Below, in pieces: positions 40,946 to 55,950 of a stretch of DNA of 64,000 bases; position 1 is the stretch's first letter, and the number at the start of each line of letters is the position of its first letter. Under the pieces are notes generated by a model that saw only the letters and a list, made by a program, of their open reading frames with translations, searched no databases and was not told the DNA's origin. Both the position numbers and the translations under genes were made by a program. Origin of the DNA: Octopus vulgaris (Eukaryota); contig OX597825.1 in assembly GCA_951406725.2 (NCBI GenBank), positions 11,532,001-11,596,000 on the forward strand. The letters run 5' to 3'.

Positions 40946-42086
40946 GCCGGAAGAAAGAATCTGAGTGAAAGAGATATAATAACGGTGACCTGTTATGTGT
41001 GTGTGTGTGTGTGTTTGCGTGTATGTGTTTGTGTGTGTGTGTGTGTCTACTTATACACACACATATGTGTATATTTATTATTCTTAAACTATAATATTGT
41101 TGACAGTGATTTCGAATTTTCGGCCAATTAAGCCATTGTCAGGCCCATTGTTTCTCTGTTGAGCTTCCAGTTATAAGTCCTTTTGTTTTGATAAAGTCTT
41201 CCCTCGAACTTCTGGTCCCTGGAACTCATTACCGTCTTCTTGTTTTTGCCTGTTTATAATATACAATCGTTTAAGCTTTCTGTCAGTCAACATATTTGAA
41301 TTTGTAGGCCGCTTTATGTTCCTTCTTTGTAGTCCCTTAATCTGCATTGACTTCAAGCCTAGTTTGGTACAAAACCCTATCAAAAAATAGATATCAACGA
41401 AAAATATATCCCAAATATAGCTAAGTCCTCGAATCTTTATCTCTAGCTAAAAGGTTCGAATACTGTACCTGAGCTTGGCTGCAGTCCAATGGCCGAAATC
41501 AATGATAGAATAACCAAACAAATTAATATATATTTCTGTTTGAAGTGCTGAATAATAACGCAGACTTTATGTATGACTCTGCAGTGTGAAATGTGAGAAA
41601 ACATGTAATTTAATACACAGCACTGAGTTATATATTTATTAAAATGTGATATATTGCCGTTTCGCGTCACTACCTTACATGCATGACTGGTTGTCACGCA
41701 AAAATCTGTGCAGCAGCAGTGTGTGATATCTAAGATTTTAATTAATATATGAATACAATTATATATCATGAGAATGTTTGCTGCGGTTTTTTAGCGCCAA
41801 CACATATTGTGATGAACACATGAGCACAGACTTGTACTCCCATGCATACACGCTACATGCACGCACACATGGGCGTATATTTGTTTATATGCACACGTGT
41901 GTAAGTTTAAATGAATAGAAGTGTATTACATGTGAATCTGTCATTCAGGTATTCGAATCCCTGTGAATGCAAAGCATGCAATTCTGGTCTAAAGTATAAA
42001 AATAAATGAAAATATCCGACCCAAATTCAATATAAATCTTACAATTTTATTAAAGGCAACTCGAAACAAATTACATGCATTCTACA

Positions 42087-42196
<110 letters not shown>

Positions 42197-42695
42197 CCTA
42201 CGTTAATTTTATGGTTTTGATTTTAAAAATTGAATGTTCTGATTTAAGTTGTAGAAATCGATACACATGTATGTATATTTATGCATATATTGATATTATG
42301 TGTGTGCGTGTGTGTACATGTGTGTGTATGTATGTGTGCGTGTGTGTACATGTGTGTGTGCGTGTGTGTATAGATGTAGATTTATAAATTGGAAAAATAT
42401 ATATAGCTATATCTATTTATCTACCTGTCTGTCTGTCTGTCGGATTGTCTGTCTGTTTGTGTATGTATGTATCTATCGATCTATTTATCTTATCTACCTA
42501 TCTCTAATCAATCTCTGTCTCTCTAAGTCTCTCTGTATACATATATACATACATACATACACACGCGTGCTGGCACACACACATTCACACTTGCGTATAT
42601 ATATATATATATATATATATATGAGTATGCATGGCATCAGTTAATTTTCATAATTTAAACGAAAATCGTCAACAACTATAATCAACTTATATATG

Positions 42696-42753
<58 letters not shown>

Positions 42754-42948
42754 TACATATATACATATATACATATATGCATATAAAGTAGGGTATCAGA
42801 ATACCATTTGCTAGAAAGAGGAGTTAACACTCCAAGGCCACAAACCTCTTACTATTAATAAATACTCACGGTGAATGCAACGAATATTACAAAATAGGCT
42901 TACCTTGTATAAACAAGAAAGCAAGAAACACCCACGTCACTTATATGA

Positions 42949-43009
<61 letters not shown>

Positions 43010-43212
43010 AAATAGAAAGATGAATAATCTTGTAGTAGATTAATCAAAAGTTTAACCGATACCTTAGTAGCAAAAATCACAGCAGTAAACAGCACGGTTG
43101 GAGGTACAACCATATGGTGTTGCAACCGTGCGTTGGTGCGGATAATTGAAATTAAAATATTATTGGTGAATTGAAGAAATGGAGCTGAACGCAGATTGAA
43201 CAGAAATCGTTT

Positions 43213-43306
43213 TATTTCATTCTACACGTGTTTCGAAAGGCACAATTTCCCAAAATCCGATTGAATAATGGGACCATATTGTGTCTTTCTCTTCAGGAAG
43301 AAAATA
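43213..43306 (-). ncRNA. Type-I minimal hammerhead ribozyme with extended stem II (minus-strand copy)
   Basis: Exact reverse complement of 44461-44554. Confidence 0.8.
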
Positions 43307-44460
43307 GGAAATCCGTTGGTAAAAACAAAAACAGAACAGAGGCGGAGCAAAAACAAAACGAACTAGGCTCCTAAGAGCCCATGGCGAAACTGTTTATCAG
43401 TGTATGTTGAGAACCGGTGGCTGAAGAATTTAACGGGTCAAGCATCGGTCAATCATGTTTTATGTGAGGGTGTGTAGATGTTCTTTGTGACCGAGAATAA
43501 AGTTCTGACTATTTAAGGAATATTGGATGTTTTATAAGGGGCGAGAAAAAAATCTACTTAGAGACGTGTGTGTGTGTATACTGTTCTATATATGTGTGTG
43601 TTGGCGTAGGGGTAGAAAACATTTTTTGTGTACGTGTGTGCGTTTGATCGTTCGGCTGTCAGTGGCTACTGCAGTGAGAACCGTTGGGTGGCAGAAAAAA
43701 AAAATATATATATATTATGTTTTATGTGTGTGTGTGTTCACAGTGCAACCTTTGTGTCTCCGAACTCTTCCATATTTTGTTTGCCAGAGGCCGGATAGTA
43801 AACGGGCTTTTACAGTCGGCTTTTCGATGCCCCCATTGGCGGCGTTACACTTATCTGGCTTTTAAATAGCGTTTATAAATAATACCGGCACCCATAGCCC
43901 TTGGTAACAAATTCTGAAATAGCCTTTAAGATATCTACGATTAACCACTGCAAGGGGAATTACTCCTGTAAGATAAACGGGGCTTGGTTTTTTCACAACG
44001 GGGGGGTTTCCTTGACAAGGCAGGCTTAGATGAACACACACACACATAAAACATGATTGACCGATGCTTGACTCGTTAAATTCTTCAGCCACCGGTTCTC
44101 AACATACACTGACAGCCGAACGATCAAACGCACACACGTACACAAAAAATGTTTTCTACCCCTACGCCAACACACACATATATAGAACAGTATACACACA
44201 CACACGTCTCTAAGTAGATTTTTTCTCGCCCCTTATAAAACATCCAATATTCCTTAAATAGTCAGAACTTTATTCTCGGTCACAAAGAACATCTACACAC
44301 CCTCACCCACATGATTGACCGATGCTTGACCCGTTAAATTCTTCAGCCACCGGTTCTCAACATACACTGATAAACAGTTTCGCCATGGGCTCTTAGGAGC
44401 CTAGTTCGTTTTGTTTTTGCTCCGCCTCTGTTCTGTTTTTGTTTTTTCCAACGGATTTCC

Positions 44461-44554
44461 TATTTTCTTCCTGAAGAGAAAGACACAATATGGTCCCATT
44501 ATTCAATCGGATTTTGGGAAATTGTGCCTTTCGAAACACGTGTAGAATGAAATA
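44461..44554 (+). ncRNA. Type-I minimal hammerhead ribozyme with extended stem II
   Basis: Stem I UAUUUUCUUC/GAAUGAAAUA; CUGAAGA at 44471-77; stem II GAAAGACACAAU/AUUGUGCCUUUC plus UCCCA/UGGGA; GAAA at 44533-36; stem III C-ACGU-G; GUA cleavage predicted after 44544; AATAAA at 44551-56. Confidence 0.85.
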
Positions 44555-44583
44555 AAACGATTTCTGTTCAATCTGCGTTCAGC

Positions 44584-44622
<39 letters not shown>

Positions 44623-44788
44623 TGGTTGTGGTTATAGAGTGACTTAATGACCGCGTCTTTCGTGTATTATCATTTATTAATGATAAGTACCAATGGTAAA
44701 TGCAAATGCAAAAAGCTTTTGTATATTCTGTCGATAAATATATGTACTCATGTTATGAGTTTTATTTTCCTCTTTGTATCACCAAGCC

Positions 44789-44889
<101 letters not shown>

Positions 44890-45041
44890 ACATTCATACA
44901 CATATAGATACTGAGCTGACTACCTAGCTGGCAAGTTGGCATCAGTTGAAAGTCAGAACAATATCAGGAAGTGCATTGTGATCAGCGGAGTAAACAACAT
45001 CCGATAGTCTGGTCAATACAGTGCTACACCGATAAATATAA

Positions 45042-45114
<73 letters not shown>

Positions 45115-45199
45115 GTCTCCGTTATATTTACAGACCTTATGGCATATACTGTATTGAAATGTGTGCATAGATATATAGACAAGATAGTTGCTAATGGAA

Positions 45200-45925
45200 C
45201 ATTTTTGATGGACCCGCAAATGAGATTTGAGCCCAGCAAAAGAAAGGCATGCTCTTTCACAAAAAAGGTCATTGAGATTCACCTTCTCGATCGCAACATT
45301 ATTCTTTTAATCTCTCTTAAGTCTTGCATATGTTATCCTGGCATCCTCAAACACTTTCGAGCCTCTCCACACTTCTGTTCGCGATCCAGCTCGATCTGAA
45401 GCAAGCGTTTCTATGGCCTTTGGATCCATTCCAAGTGACTTCATAGTAGTTCTTATGCCGCCCTTAAACCTCCTTTTAGGTTTACACCGGTAGCGCTTTC
45501 CCCTCTGCAAGTTCGCCATATAGCAGCTGTTTGGGTATGTGTTCATCCGCCATTCGAACAATATGGCCAGACCATCTCATTTGGTTTTTCAGAATCATTG
45601 ACTTAATCGAAGTGATGCCTGCAGACACAAAGACATCTGTGTCTTAAGTAAAAGAGTCCCATTGAATGTTTGAAATGCGGCGAAGACATTTTTGGTGGAA
45701 TCGTTCGAACAATTTGAAATGTCCTTCGCAACGCATCCATACGACTGGGATGGTAAGACAAACGATTTGTAAAAAATCAATTTTGTGTTGTTAATTATAT
45801 GTCTTTGGCGTAAAATGCGTGACTCCAAACCACCAAATGATTGTACTGCCCTTTGAATTCACTGATGTACTTCTGTGTCCAGATTTCCATCATATGTCAA
45901 GTCGCTCATGAGTGCTTCTGGTAAC
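45200..45925 (-). pseudogene. RTE-clade LINE 3' ORF remnant with a C-terminal C2H2 zinc finger
   Basis: [40 protein letters not shown] and CERACLSFAGLKSHLRVH. Confidence 0.8.
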
Positions 45926-45975
45926 ACGTAATCCAGTACTACCTGTTGTACAATCAGGTCGTCGGCGATATTAAA

Positions 45976-46265
<290 letters not shown>

Positions 46266-46971
46266 ACATATATACATACCAACTACGATATACATGTGTG
46301 TGTGTGTATGTATGGTGTCTAGTTCACAATTTGAAATTGCAATTAGGATATACGTTGAACTTTTTGCTCTTTGAGAATGAATTCTCACTACTCGAGGATA
46401 TTTTAACCGTAGATGAGAGCTACACGAATTCGCAGTTCATATAATGCATCGGAATTATATCGTTGATTATGCAACTCCAGCTATTAATTACTTGTGTAAA
46501 CTTCAAATATCCTGAAGGAATATCTATTCTGCTTACGAGATCGAAAGTCTATTCAGAAATTCTAGGCACTGAAAGTTGGGCCGAAATCTGTATAATCAAT
46601 TTTTAAACAAAGGTTAGAATTTACTCTGCTCAACATATATTAGAAAATTTCTGTGAACCTGCATTGACCATTGTGCTACGTACAAAGGATATGAAAGTTC
46701 CAGTTAATTTACAAGCTTTACATTAAAGTATCTTGAGGAAACTACGTTACGAAATGTCACAATAGGCTTTTCTGTGGAGATAAATAATTAAGTACGTCTA
46801 CCTTTTTCTGTGGCAAGTCGAGCGCTCACTTTCAATTTAATAACGCCAATGCAAAGGAACTTATGAATTCTCAATGGCGAACACAAACCATTTGACAGCA
46901 TATTGCATGAGATCTCATTTTCGGGTAACAAAGAAGAAAACCACTCTGAGATGTAACGATAACAACAGCAA

Positions 46972-47383
<412 letters not shown>

Positions 47384-47938
47384 TGCCCTGATGCAGTACC
47401 AGGCAGTGGCTCTCATGGCTTCTGATCTTAACTGATTGGAAGTGTTATCATGTACATTGTTTTGTCTTGGTATAAAAGATGGGCTACAGTAAATATTCTG
47501 CTCAATACCACAGATTTGCTTGTCAGTTGTTTGACCTTAACCAGTTGAGCATGTCCCTTAGTGGCTGACGATATGTGCATCTCTGATCACGAGCAGAAGT
47601 AGTGGGGGAGCATCATAGCCATGTGTTGAGAGGGATCCTTTGTGGTTTGAATAATTCACCTCTGGAAACATGGGTGGTTCTTTCAACATCCTTAAACAAC
47701 CCTTATTCAGGGACCTTTTTAGCTGGATGGGCTACTCAACCTGAAGAAAATTCTAACTGGGCTCCACCCGCAAGGTCATGTGCTGTTTATCTTGATATGA
47801 GATCACCATGTCGCACACATATGGTTGTGATGCATGTGCCTGGTGTACCTTTATCAGACGGGTAGTCATGATGGGTATATTGGGCTTCGTATATTTTACC
47901 CCAGTGTCACTTTGATGGCATGCACTGCTCTCTCACTC
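47384..47938 (-). mobile_element. Full copy of the ~555-bp (AAT)n-embedded element
   Basis: Reverse complement of 17156-17710; (AAT)n on both sides. Confidence 0.85.
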
Positions 47939-47945
47939 AATAATG

Positions 47946-47999
<54 letters not shown>

Positions 48000-49595
48000 T
48001 CATTGTTACTTTTATTTTGAATTTTTGGAGCGAAGCCGGCAATCTTAAGGAAGGGAGATAGTTAATAAATTCGATCTCAGTATTTGACTGGTACTTTATT
48101 TATTTTATTGATCCCGGAAAGATTGAAGGTAAATTGATCGTAAGACTTAGAGAGCAGGAAGAAATATCGCTAATTACTTTGTTCGTCGTGCTAATGATTC
48201 CTTCAGGTCACCCTCTAAATAATAATGAGCATAATGATGATGATAATGAAGACGATGATGATGAGAATGATAGCTATAATAATAAGAATTAGCATGTTAT
48301 AATGTCTTGATAATTTGTTTAAGAACAGTCCAACAAATACTTCTATATGTCTCCAGACGTTGATTCAAATAAATAATCAACATGAAATTAATTTGAATTG
48401 AAATCTTATTTCTTTATGTATTTAATCAAAGAAATTTGGTATATTTTCATTTTGTGTTTATGGTAACTATTTCGTTTCTATAAGCTCCAATCGTTACTGT
48501 GATTATATTCTCCATTCAATTTAGAATATGCATTTTTTAAATTCATTTTCCAAATTGAGACAGTAAAAAAAATAAACCATAAGCATTACATTTGTAATTA
48601 GAATCAAATTGTTATGTTAGTAGTAATTACAGAATTTGTCTATTAAGATAACCAGATCGCTCTAGTAGAGCGTTTTGTTTTCCAAACATTCTGCTCAGTC
48701 TTCAAATATTTTGTCTTTCCTTCTTCCCATCACGCATTGATGATGGGGAAAATATAGTCAAAATATAAAGAAGTGATACGAAAATAATATGGCCACTGAG
48801 AAGTAAAGCCTACTGACCACTTCAGCAATTATTAAAAGAGAAGGTAATCAATTGTACACCAACATCTAAAACTTATGATAATCAATAAATAAATCGATAC
48901 TCTTTAATAAATTAAAAAATATAATGAAAAATGGTGATGTCTGTTTTTTTTTTCTACCAAGATTTGTTAATTATATTTCTTTCGGTGATTATTTCACGGC
49001 TAGGTTGAGCAGTTTCCTTTGAAGATATTTAATAACATCATTTAAAGGAAATACTCACTTCGAATTTTATTTTCTGCTAATTTCATTAATAAGTTTTGAA
49101 GGCTTTCAAAATTAACAATTCTTCGTTCAACTTATTTTAAAATCTGTTCTTTGTCATGTTTAATTACATTTTACTTTTGAAATAAAATCTTCGGTAAAAA
49201 ATTATTGATATTATAAATAAATATTGAAAAATCAGGAAACTGCTTGCATAGGGTACTGTAAATATAGTCTGCTCCTTATAAACATCCGTTAGTTTTCGGA
49301 AAGCTATGAACAACCATGTTCCATCTTTCACTTGCAAATTTTTAATCTTGTAGAAATATATGCAATCGGTGTTTCGATATCGTGGTTACAAAAGAGTTCA
49401 GCATTAAATACTGTAGTTCGATGTTGTAGAATCCTTTTTCAAGACCAATATTAATTGGGAGGAAGTTAACCAAGAAGCGATGCCCATTTGGCGTGGAATA
49501 AACGCGAAGACAAAACTATATATTTACAATTAATATTCTTAAATATTTGTTATTTGTTAATCTGGGGGAAAAGGCGTACTGTAATAGTAATATAT

Positions 49596-49818
49596 ATTTC
49601 TTTACTACCCACAAAGGGCTAAACACAGAGGGGACAAACAAGGACAGACAAGCGGATTAAGTCGATTACATCGACCCCAGTGCGTAACTGGTACTTAATT
49701 TATCGACCCCAAAATGATGAAAGGCAAAGTCGACCTCGGCGGAATTTGAACCCAGAACGTAACGGCAGACGAAATACCGCTAAGCATTTCTCCCGGCGTG
49801 CTAACGTTTCTGCCAGCT
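49596..49818 (-). mobile_element. SINE family A monomer
   Basis: Matches the other family A copies. Confidence 0.9.
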
Positions 49819-50910
49819 AAATGCAATTAGGAATATTGTAAGTCGACATATTTCGGGAAGCATATCTGGAACGAGTGGCTGTTCTAATGCTTAACAATTA
49901 ACTGAAATGCCGAGACAAATTTTAAATAATATTATAGACCTACTTATTAATAAGCAAGCGATTAGTCTTGCTGTGTAAATAAACAAAACCTCATTACTAT
50001 AATTGTTTAATTCTTTCTTCTGTGAGTATCAAGCGTGCACATCTGAATATATTTACAGCTTATTCACACAAATACTGTGTCTCTTAGCTAATATGCATTG
50101 GCGACGAATGTATAGGTATGCAAGTGAATAAAATCGGTACCTGTTATTTATCATTTATCTGTTAACATTTCCTTGTTCCCGTCATTGAACTGCGGTCATG
50201 CTACGGCACCACTTTGATGGGTTTACTTGTACAACTCAACGTCAGTGCATATTTTTAAAGCCAGCACTTATTCTATCACGTTTTCATGTGCTTTAATCAC
50301 ATTCCATCCCTCTATATTTATGTGTGAGGGTTGGTTTATCTGTGTGTGTGTGTGTGTATGTATATGTATGCGTGTGTATGTGTGTGTGTGTATGCGTGTG
50401 TGTATAAATGAAAGAGAACACTTTTAATGAGCTGGTAATCACCTGAAGAAATGAGTCGAATTATTCTTCAGCTGGTTTTGCAGAGATCGCTACATGGCTT
50501 AAACACAGTGATGCTTGTAGATTTACGAATAACGTATAATTTATAGAGTAGATCTGATGAACTGAGACAAAACAGGGCTGACAAGAGCAGATGAGATGCT
50601 TGTATAAAGTGAGAGCAAGATGTGTGGCTGTATTAAACAAATAATGTTACCTCAATAGATACTGCTGTTTGTTATTTTTTAGGAGTTCACTGTTGAGGCA
50701 TATCTCTCGACATCTCCACAGACTACACGATACTACATAACTATACAGATACATTCTAAATGTGGGTCTCATGTAGCAGGAGCCGGATCAAACCTCACTA
50801 GTTCAAACCGAGACAGAACAAATGAATGATAAAGTGTCTTGCCACTGTGTCATGTCTGTGTATAAAGTTTGCAACCGACGGGTATATTGATTGAGACACC
50901 ATATCTAAGT

Positions 50911-51293
50911 GGAGGCGCAATGGCCCCAGTGGTTAAGGCAGCGGACTCGCGGTCGTAGGATCGCGGTTTCGATTCCCAGACCGGACGTTGTGAGTGTTTA
51001 TTGAGCGAAAACACCTAAAGCTCCACGAGGCTCCGGCAGGGGATGGTGGTGATCCCTGCTGTACTCTTTCACCACAACTTTCTCTCACTCTTACTTCCTG
51101 TTTCTGCTGTACCTGTATTTCAAAGGGCCGGCCTTGTCACTCTCTGTGTCACGCTGAATATCCCCGAGAACTACGTCAAGGGTACACGTGTCTGTGGAGT
51201 GCTCAGCCACTTACACGTTAATTTCACGAGCAGGCTGTTCCGTTGATTCGGATCAACCGGAACCCTCATCGTCGTAACCGACGGAGTGCTTCC
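50911..51293 (+). mobile_element. SINE family B, full length
   Basis: A and B boxes; CTAAGTG direct repeat at 50905-11 and 51294-300. Confidence 0.9.
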
Positions 51294-51431
51294 CTAAGTG
51301 AATGACTATTATGGGAGATAACTCTCCTCCGCCAGATGACAATTTTGTGTTTTAGTGGCTTTTCGTTCCGTAACCTTCTTTAACTCGTGTTTCAGATTCA
51401 TCTGGGTTCAGCTAACAGTAATACCTACGAG

Positions 51432-51752
51432 AGTGGAGGCACATGGCCTAGTGGTCAGAGTAGCGGACTCGCGGTCGAGGGATCACGGGTTCGAATTTCT
51501 GACCGGGCAATGTGTGTGTTTATGAGCGAAACACCTAAGCTCCAGGCAGCTCCGGCAGAAGATAATGGCGAACTTCTGCTGACTCTTTTGCCACGACATT
51601 CTCTCTCTCTTTCCTCCTGCATCTTGCAGCTCACCTGCGGAGGACCGGCGTCCCGTCCAGGTGGGGAACCTATACGCCAAGGAAACCGGGAAACCGGCCC
51701 TATGAGCCCGGCGTGGCTCGAGAAGGAACAACAGCAAAAAAAAAAAAAAAAC
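51432..51752 (+). mobile_element. SINE with a B-related head, V-domain-like 3' half and poly(A) tail
   Basis: GGAGGCACATGGCCTAGTGG head; CCTGCGGAGGACCGGCGTCCCGTCCAGG resembles the V-SINE domain; TA(C/T)CTACGAG flanks at 51422-31 and 51753-62. Confidence 0.8.
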
Positions 51753-51908
51753 TATCTACGAGCAGGTTTGCACTGATAGAAATGATGGAGACAATAAACA
51801 GCATCACTGTGAGATAGCGCTTGTGTTACGCAGCTGCCTAATTTTGATGATCGACTAAATTCTCTTTCCGGATGTGATCCACAATATTTGTATTTGTTTT
51901 AGCAAAGG

Positions 51909-51966
<58 letters not shown>

Positions 51967-52288
51967 CGGAGTTGTACGTGCATAGCAAGTGACCTCTTCT
52001 GAGATCGTGTGTTGAATCAAAAACAATTTCAGAGTGAAAGGTAATGCAAAATCCATTAAAACAACACACAAAAACCGTTAGATTCACTTTAACTCTTAAA
52101 CTTAATTTGCCAAAATATTTTCGATGCTTTGAGACCTGATCACTGATAAAATTCCGTGCTGCAAATTAAATTTAAACGTTGAAGTGAATATGACGGTCTT
52201 TGTGTGTTTTAAAAGGGCTTATAAACACCTTCCATGCTGCAATTGTTGTATATATTTACATATATATATATGTTTGTATATATGTATG

Positions 52289-52324
<36 letters not shown>

Positions 52325-52357
52325 CGTATATATATTTGTATATATGTACATATATAA

Positions 52358-52403
<46 letters not shown>

Positions 52404-52530
52404 ACATATTTGCATATATATATATGTATATATGTATATATATATATATATGTATATGTATATATATACATATATATACATATACATATATATATATACA
52501 TATATATATACATACATACATATATATATA

Positions 52531-52593
52531 TGAACCCTAAATTTGACTAATATATATACATAAACATTATACATATGTGTGTAATACCGTTGC

Positions 52594-52666
<73 letters not shown>

Positions 52667-52729
52667 GCCAAGGTATTACACACATATATATAATGTATAT
52701 GTATATATATTAGTCAAATTTAGGGTTCA
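52531..52729. repeat. ~200-bp fold-back centred on (TA)n
   Basis: TGAACCCTAAATTTGACTAATATATATACATA...GTGTGTAATACC pairs with GGTATTACACAC...TATGTATATATATTAGTCAAATTTAGGGTTCA. Confidence 0.9.
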
Positions 52730-52958
52730 GCAAAAGATTTGCTTCACCACATACAGAAATTTAGAAATAGCAGCGAAAACTAGCTATTTCTCTACCATAA
52801 GAAAATCTCCCAGACAACAATACTCAACACCCCACGTAGGCAAAGAGAAAAAAAAATAAAGAATTCTCCTGGCAATTGATTAACTGTAGAACGTTTTGGA
52901 GTTAGATAAATGTGAACAATGCAAAAAACACATTTCCACTCTATCATTATTATTATTG

Positions 52959-53011
<53 letters not shown>

Positions 53012-53241
53012 CACATCCTTTCTTTCCTTCCCTGAGCGTCAGTAATTGCTAGGCCTTGTATTTTCACTTGAATCAATTAATACCTGAAACGAGTCATGAA
53101 AATATATAGCTATTGCTATTTTCATATGTAATTTATAAGTTTTTACAGATATATTGTTGGAAAAGTGCATGACAACTTTTCGACATAAGACGACGTAAGT
53201 CCTATTATTTGGTCTGATTCTTAAAATACTGTACATTCGAC

Positions 53242-53517
<276 letters not shown>

Positions 53518-55519
53518 TAAAAAGTATCAGCTGTGTATAGTTACGATTGTTTCATCAAAAATCTTTATCAAAGGAGTCGTCGGCAATCTGCCGAGATCTT
53601 GACCGATAACACAGCCTTAAGCTAACATCATTAATTATTTACATATGATAACTGTGAACTCCGAAATTCATGCCATTCAACAATGGGAATTGAAATAATT
53701 ATATTTTTGCTTCGGGAATGAAACAATAGCGTTTTCTTTGTATGATACATAACAAAACTTTGTATAGCTTCTGATATCATATTTGATGCTAAAAAATATT
53801 CTTAGAAATCGTTCGGTATTGTTAAAAACCTCCAATAAACTCCATTGATTTTGACATCAAAACTACTTTCTTTTTCATATTAGTTACTTGATATATAATT
53901 TACGAAGTAGGCTACACAGAAATGTGTAGTATTTTTATTGTTAAAAAGAGAATCAGTTTGTAGCAGAAACACAAAGATTTCAATAGGAATTATTAATTCT
54001 TATTGCTCAAAGATAAAAGAGAAATAGATTATTGGCTTTAAAACAATGCAGCCAAATCCAAAATCCACTGCAGGAATTCTGTGTTATAATTTTAACTCAA
54101 GAATATAGGAACAGAATAAAAAACAAAAGATTCAGACAGAGAGACGCCTGACTAAATGGTTTATATTCTCCAGATTTGTCTTTCTTAGATTCGAGTTCGA
54201 AAGTCACTATTTTTTAAATGCATTTAAGTGTGTTTTGAGGGAAATACGATTGCTATCTTTAGCAGATTGTGTAACTACATCGGGGTCCCTTCGTCGGTAC
54301 GTTGTCGTTTATTATCACTTAAGACGGATAGACAAAATTCATCTCAATTATCTGATACAATTCAACACAGAAAAATCCAGGAAATATCTAAACGGACACC
54401 TACAGGAATTGGTAGTTGTGTCATCATAGATAATCGCTGGTGATCATGCAATATGATCTCGCTTGTATGGTGTCACTTAACAAAACTTAATTCATGAAGA
54501 TATTTAATCCAAATTTGCGCATTTATTAGAAAATCATTGTCATCAAGTAGAAATATTAACGAAGCATCTAAAACATACATGCATGCAGACACACACACAT
54601 ATATATGTGAGCACATATGTATCTATGTATGTGTCTATAAATCATACATTCAAATTATTTAAGTATTCCTCGTTGAGCTTTCTGTAGGGCAGTACTCGTT
54701 GTCTCGAGATCTAGGGGTTCTGTAAAGTAAGTTGGTATTTATTAATCTTGTGGTAACAGTCATATGCAGGTCGAATACTTTGAAAATCCTTATCATATTC
54801 TACATGAGGCTATTTACGGCAGGCCCATACTACAGGTATATGTGCTTTCTGAAGACAGCAGGATAAATAAGCCAACGAGATCAGCCACCTCAGAATCGGG
54901 ATACCGCTTCCTGATACGTCGTGTAGTCAGTCGCCATTTATTTGTGGAACAGAATTAAGTTTTTAACACCCTTAGTGATATATATGTGCATTGTGCCTGT
55001 CGATTTTGTGAAACTTTTTGCTAAGTTTTTACGCCTTCTGGAGGATTCGATTCCTATATAGACGGAGAGAAATCCATGGATATCGAACTGGATGAAATTG
55101 TTGACTAGAGTATTCCCGACGCCCCGAAAACAGTTGATCACCTCTGTGCGAACGCACGCACAGGCACACAGGCACACACGCGCATACACACAAACACACA
55201 CACGTACACACTCACACACACACAAACACCCCTCCCCCCCACACACGGGAGTGCGCGTGCACGCACACATATGTTGCTGTATTCGAAAGTCTATCGAAAG
55301 TCTATATTATTCATAGAGTTCATTGAAGTAAAATGTCAGATATCGGTTATGCATATATGCGAATATATATATATATGTATATACATATATACATATATAT
55401 ATATACATATATATATATACATATATATAGACATATAAATATATATACATACATATATATATACATATATATGTGTATACATATATACATATATATGTAT
55501 ATATGTATGTGTATATATA

Positions 55520-55563
<44 letters not shown>

Positions 55564-55675
55564 TACATATATATATACCTATATATAGACATAAATATAT
55601 ATACATACATATATATATACATATATATGTGTATACATATACACATATATATGTATATATGTATGTGTATATATA

Positions 55676-55731
<56 letters not shown>

Positions 55732-55735
<4 letters not shown>

Positions 55736-55950
55736 TAATCCAAACAAGAAAACACAAAAATGCAAAAAAAAAAAAAACACAACAACGCGAGGACGGGGAA
55801 CAAATAAAGTATTATTGGTCGCTCAGGAAAGAATGGAAGAAGGAGGGTTTAACGTTTCGAGCGGAGCTCTTCGTCGGAAACATAGGAGAAGGAAAGATCA
55901 AGAGAAGGGAAGACAGAGGAAAAAAATCGCCAGTGGTACTCACGAGGTCA
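55732..55950 (-). mobile_element. Penelope-like pLTR fragment between (TA)n tracts, with a hammerhead-like motif
   Basis: Minus strand 55850-55877 reads CCGACGA-A-GAGC-TCC-GCTC-GAAAC-GTTA; shares CCTGAGCG and overall layout with 1118-1281. Confidence 0.65.

Larger units (their letters stand above)
43007..44587. mobile_element. Penelope-like element derivative with inverted pLTR arms, inserted in (TA)n
   Basis: Arms 43183-43741 and 44030-44584 are reverse complements, with the outer ~480 bp nearly identical; (TA)n on both sides; one hammerhead per arm; no RT ORF. Confidence 0.8.

Noticed and set aside
52110-52150. Possible hammerhead remnant in the TA-flanked insert at 51965-52245
   Set aside because: GAAA and a palindromic AATATT are present on the minus strand, but no CUGANGA-like core or paired stem II can be drawn.
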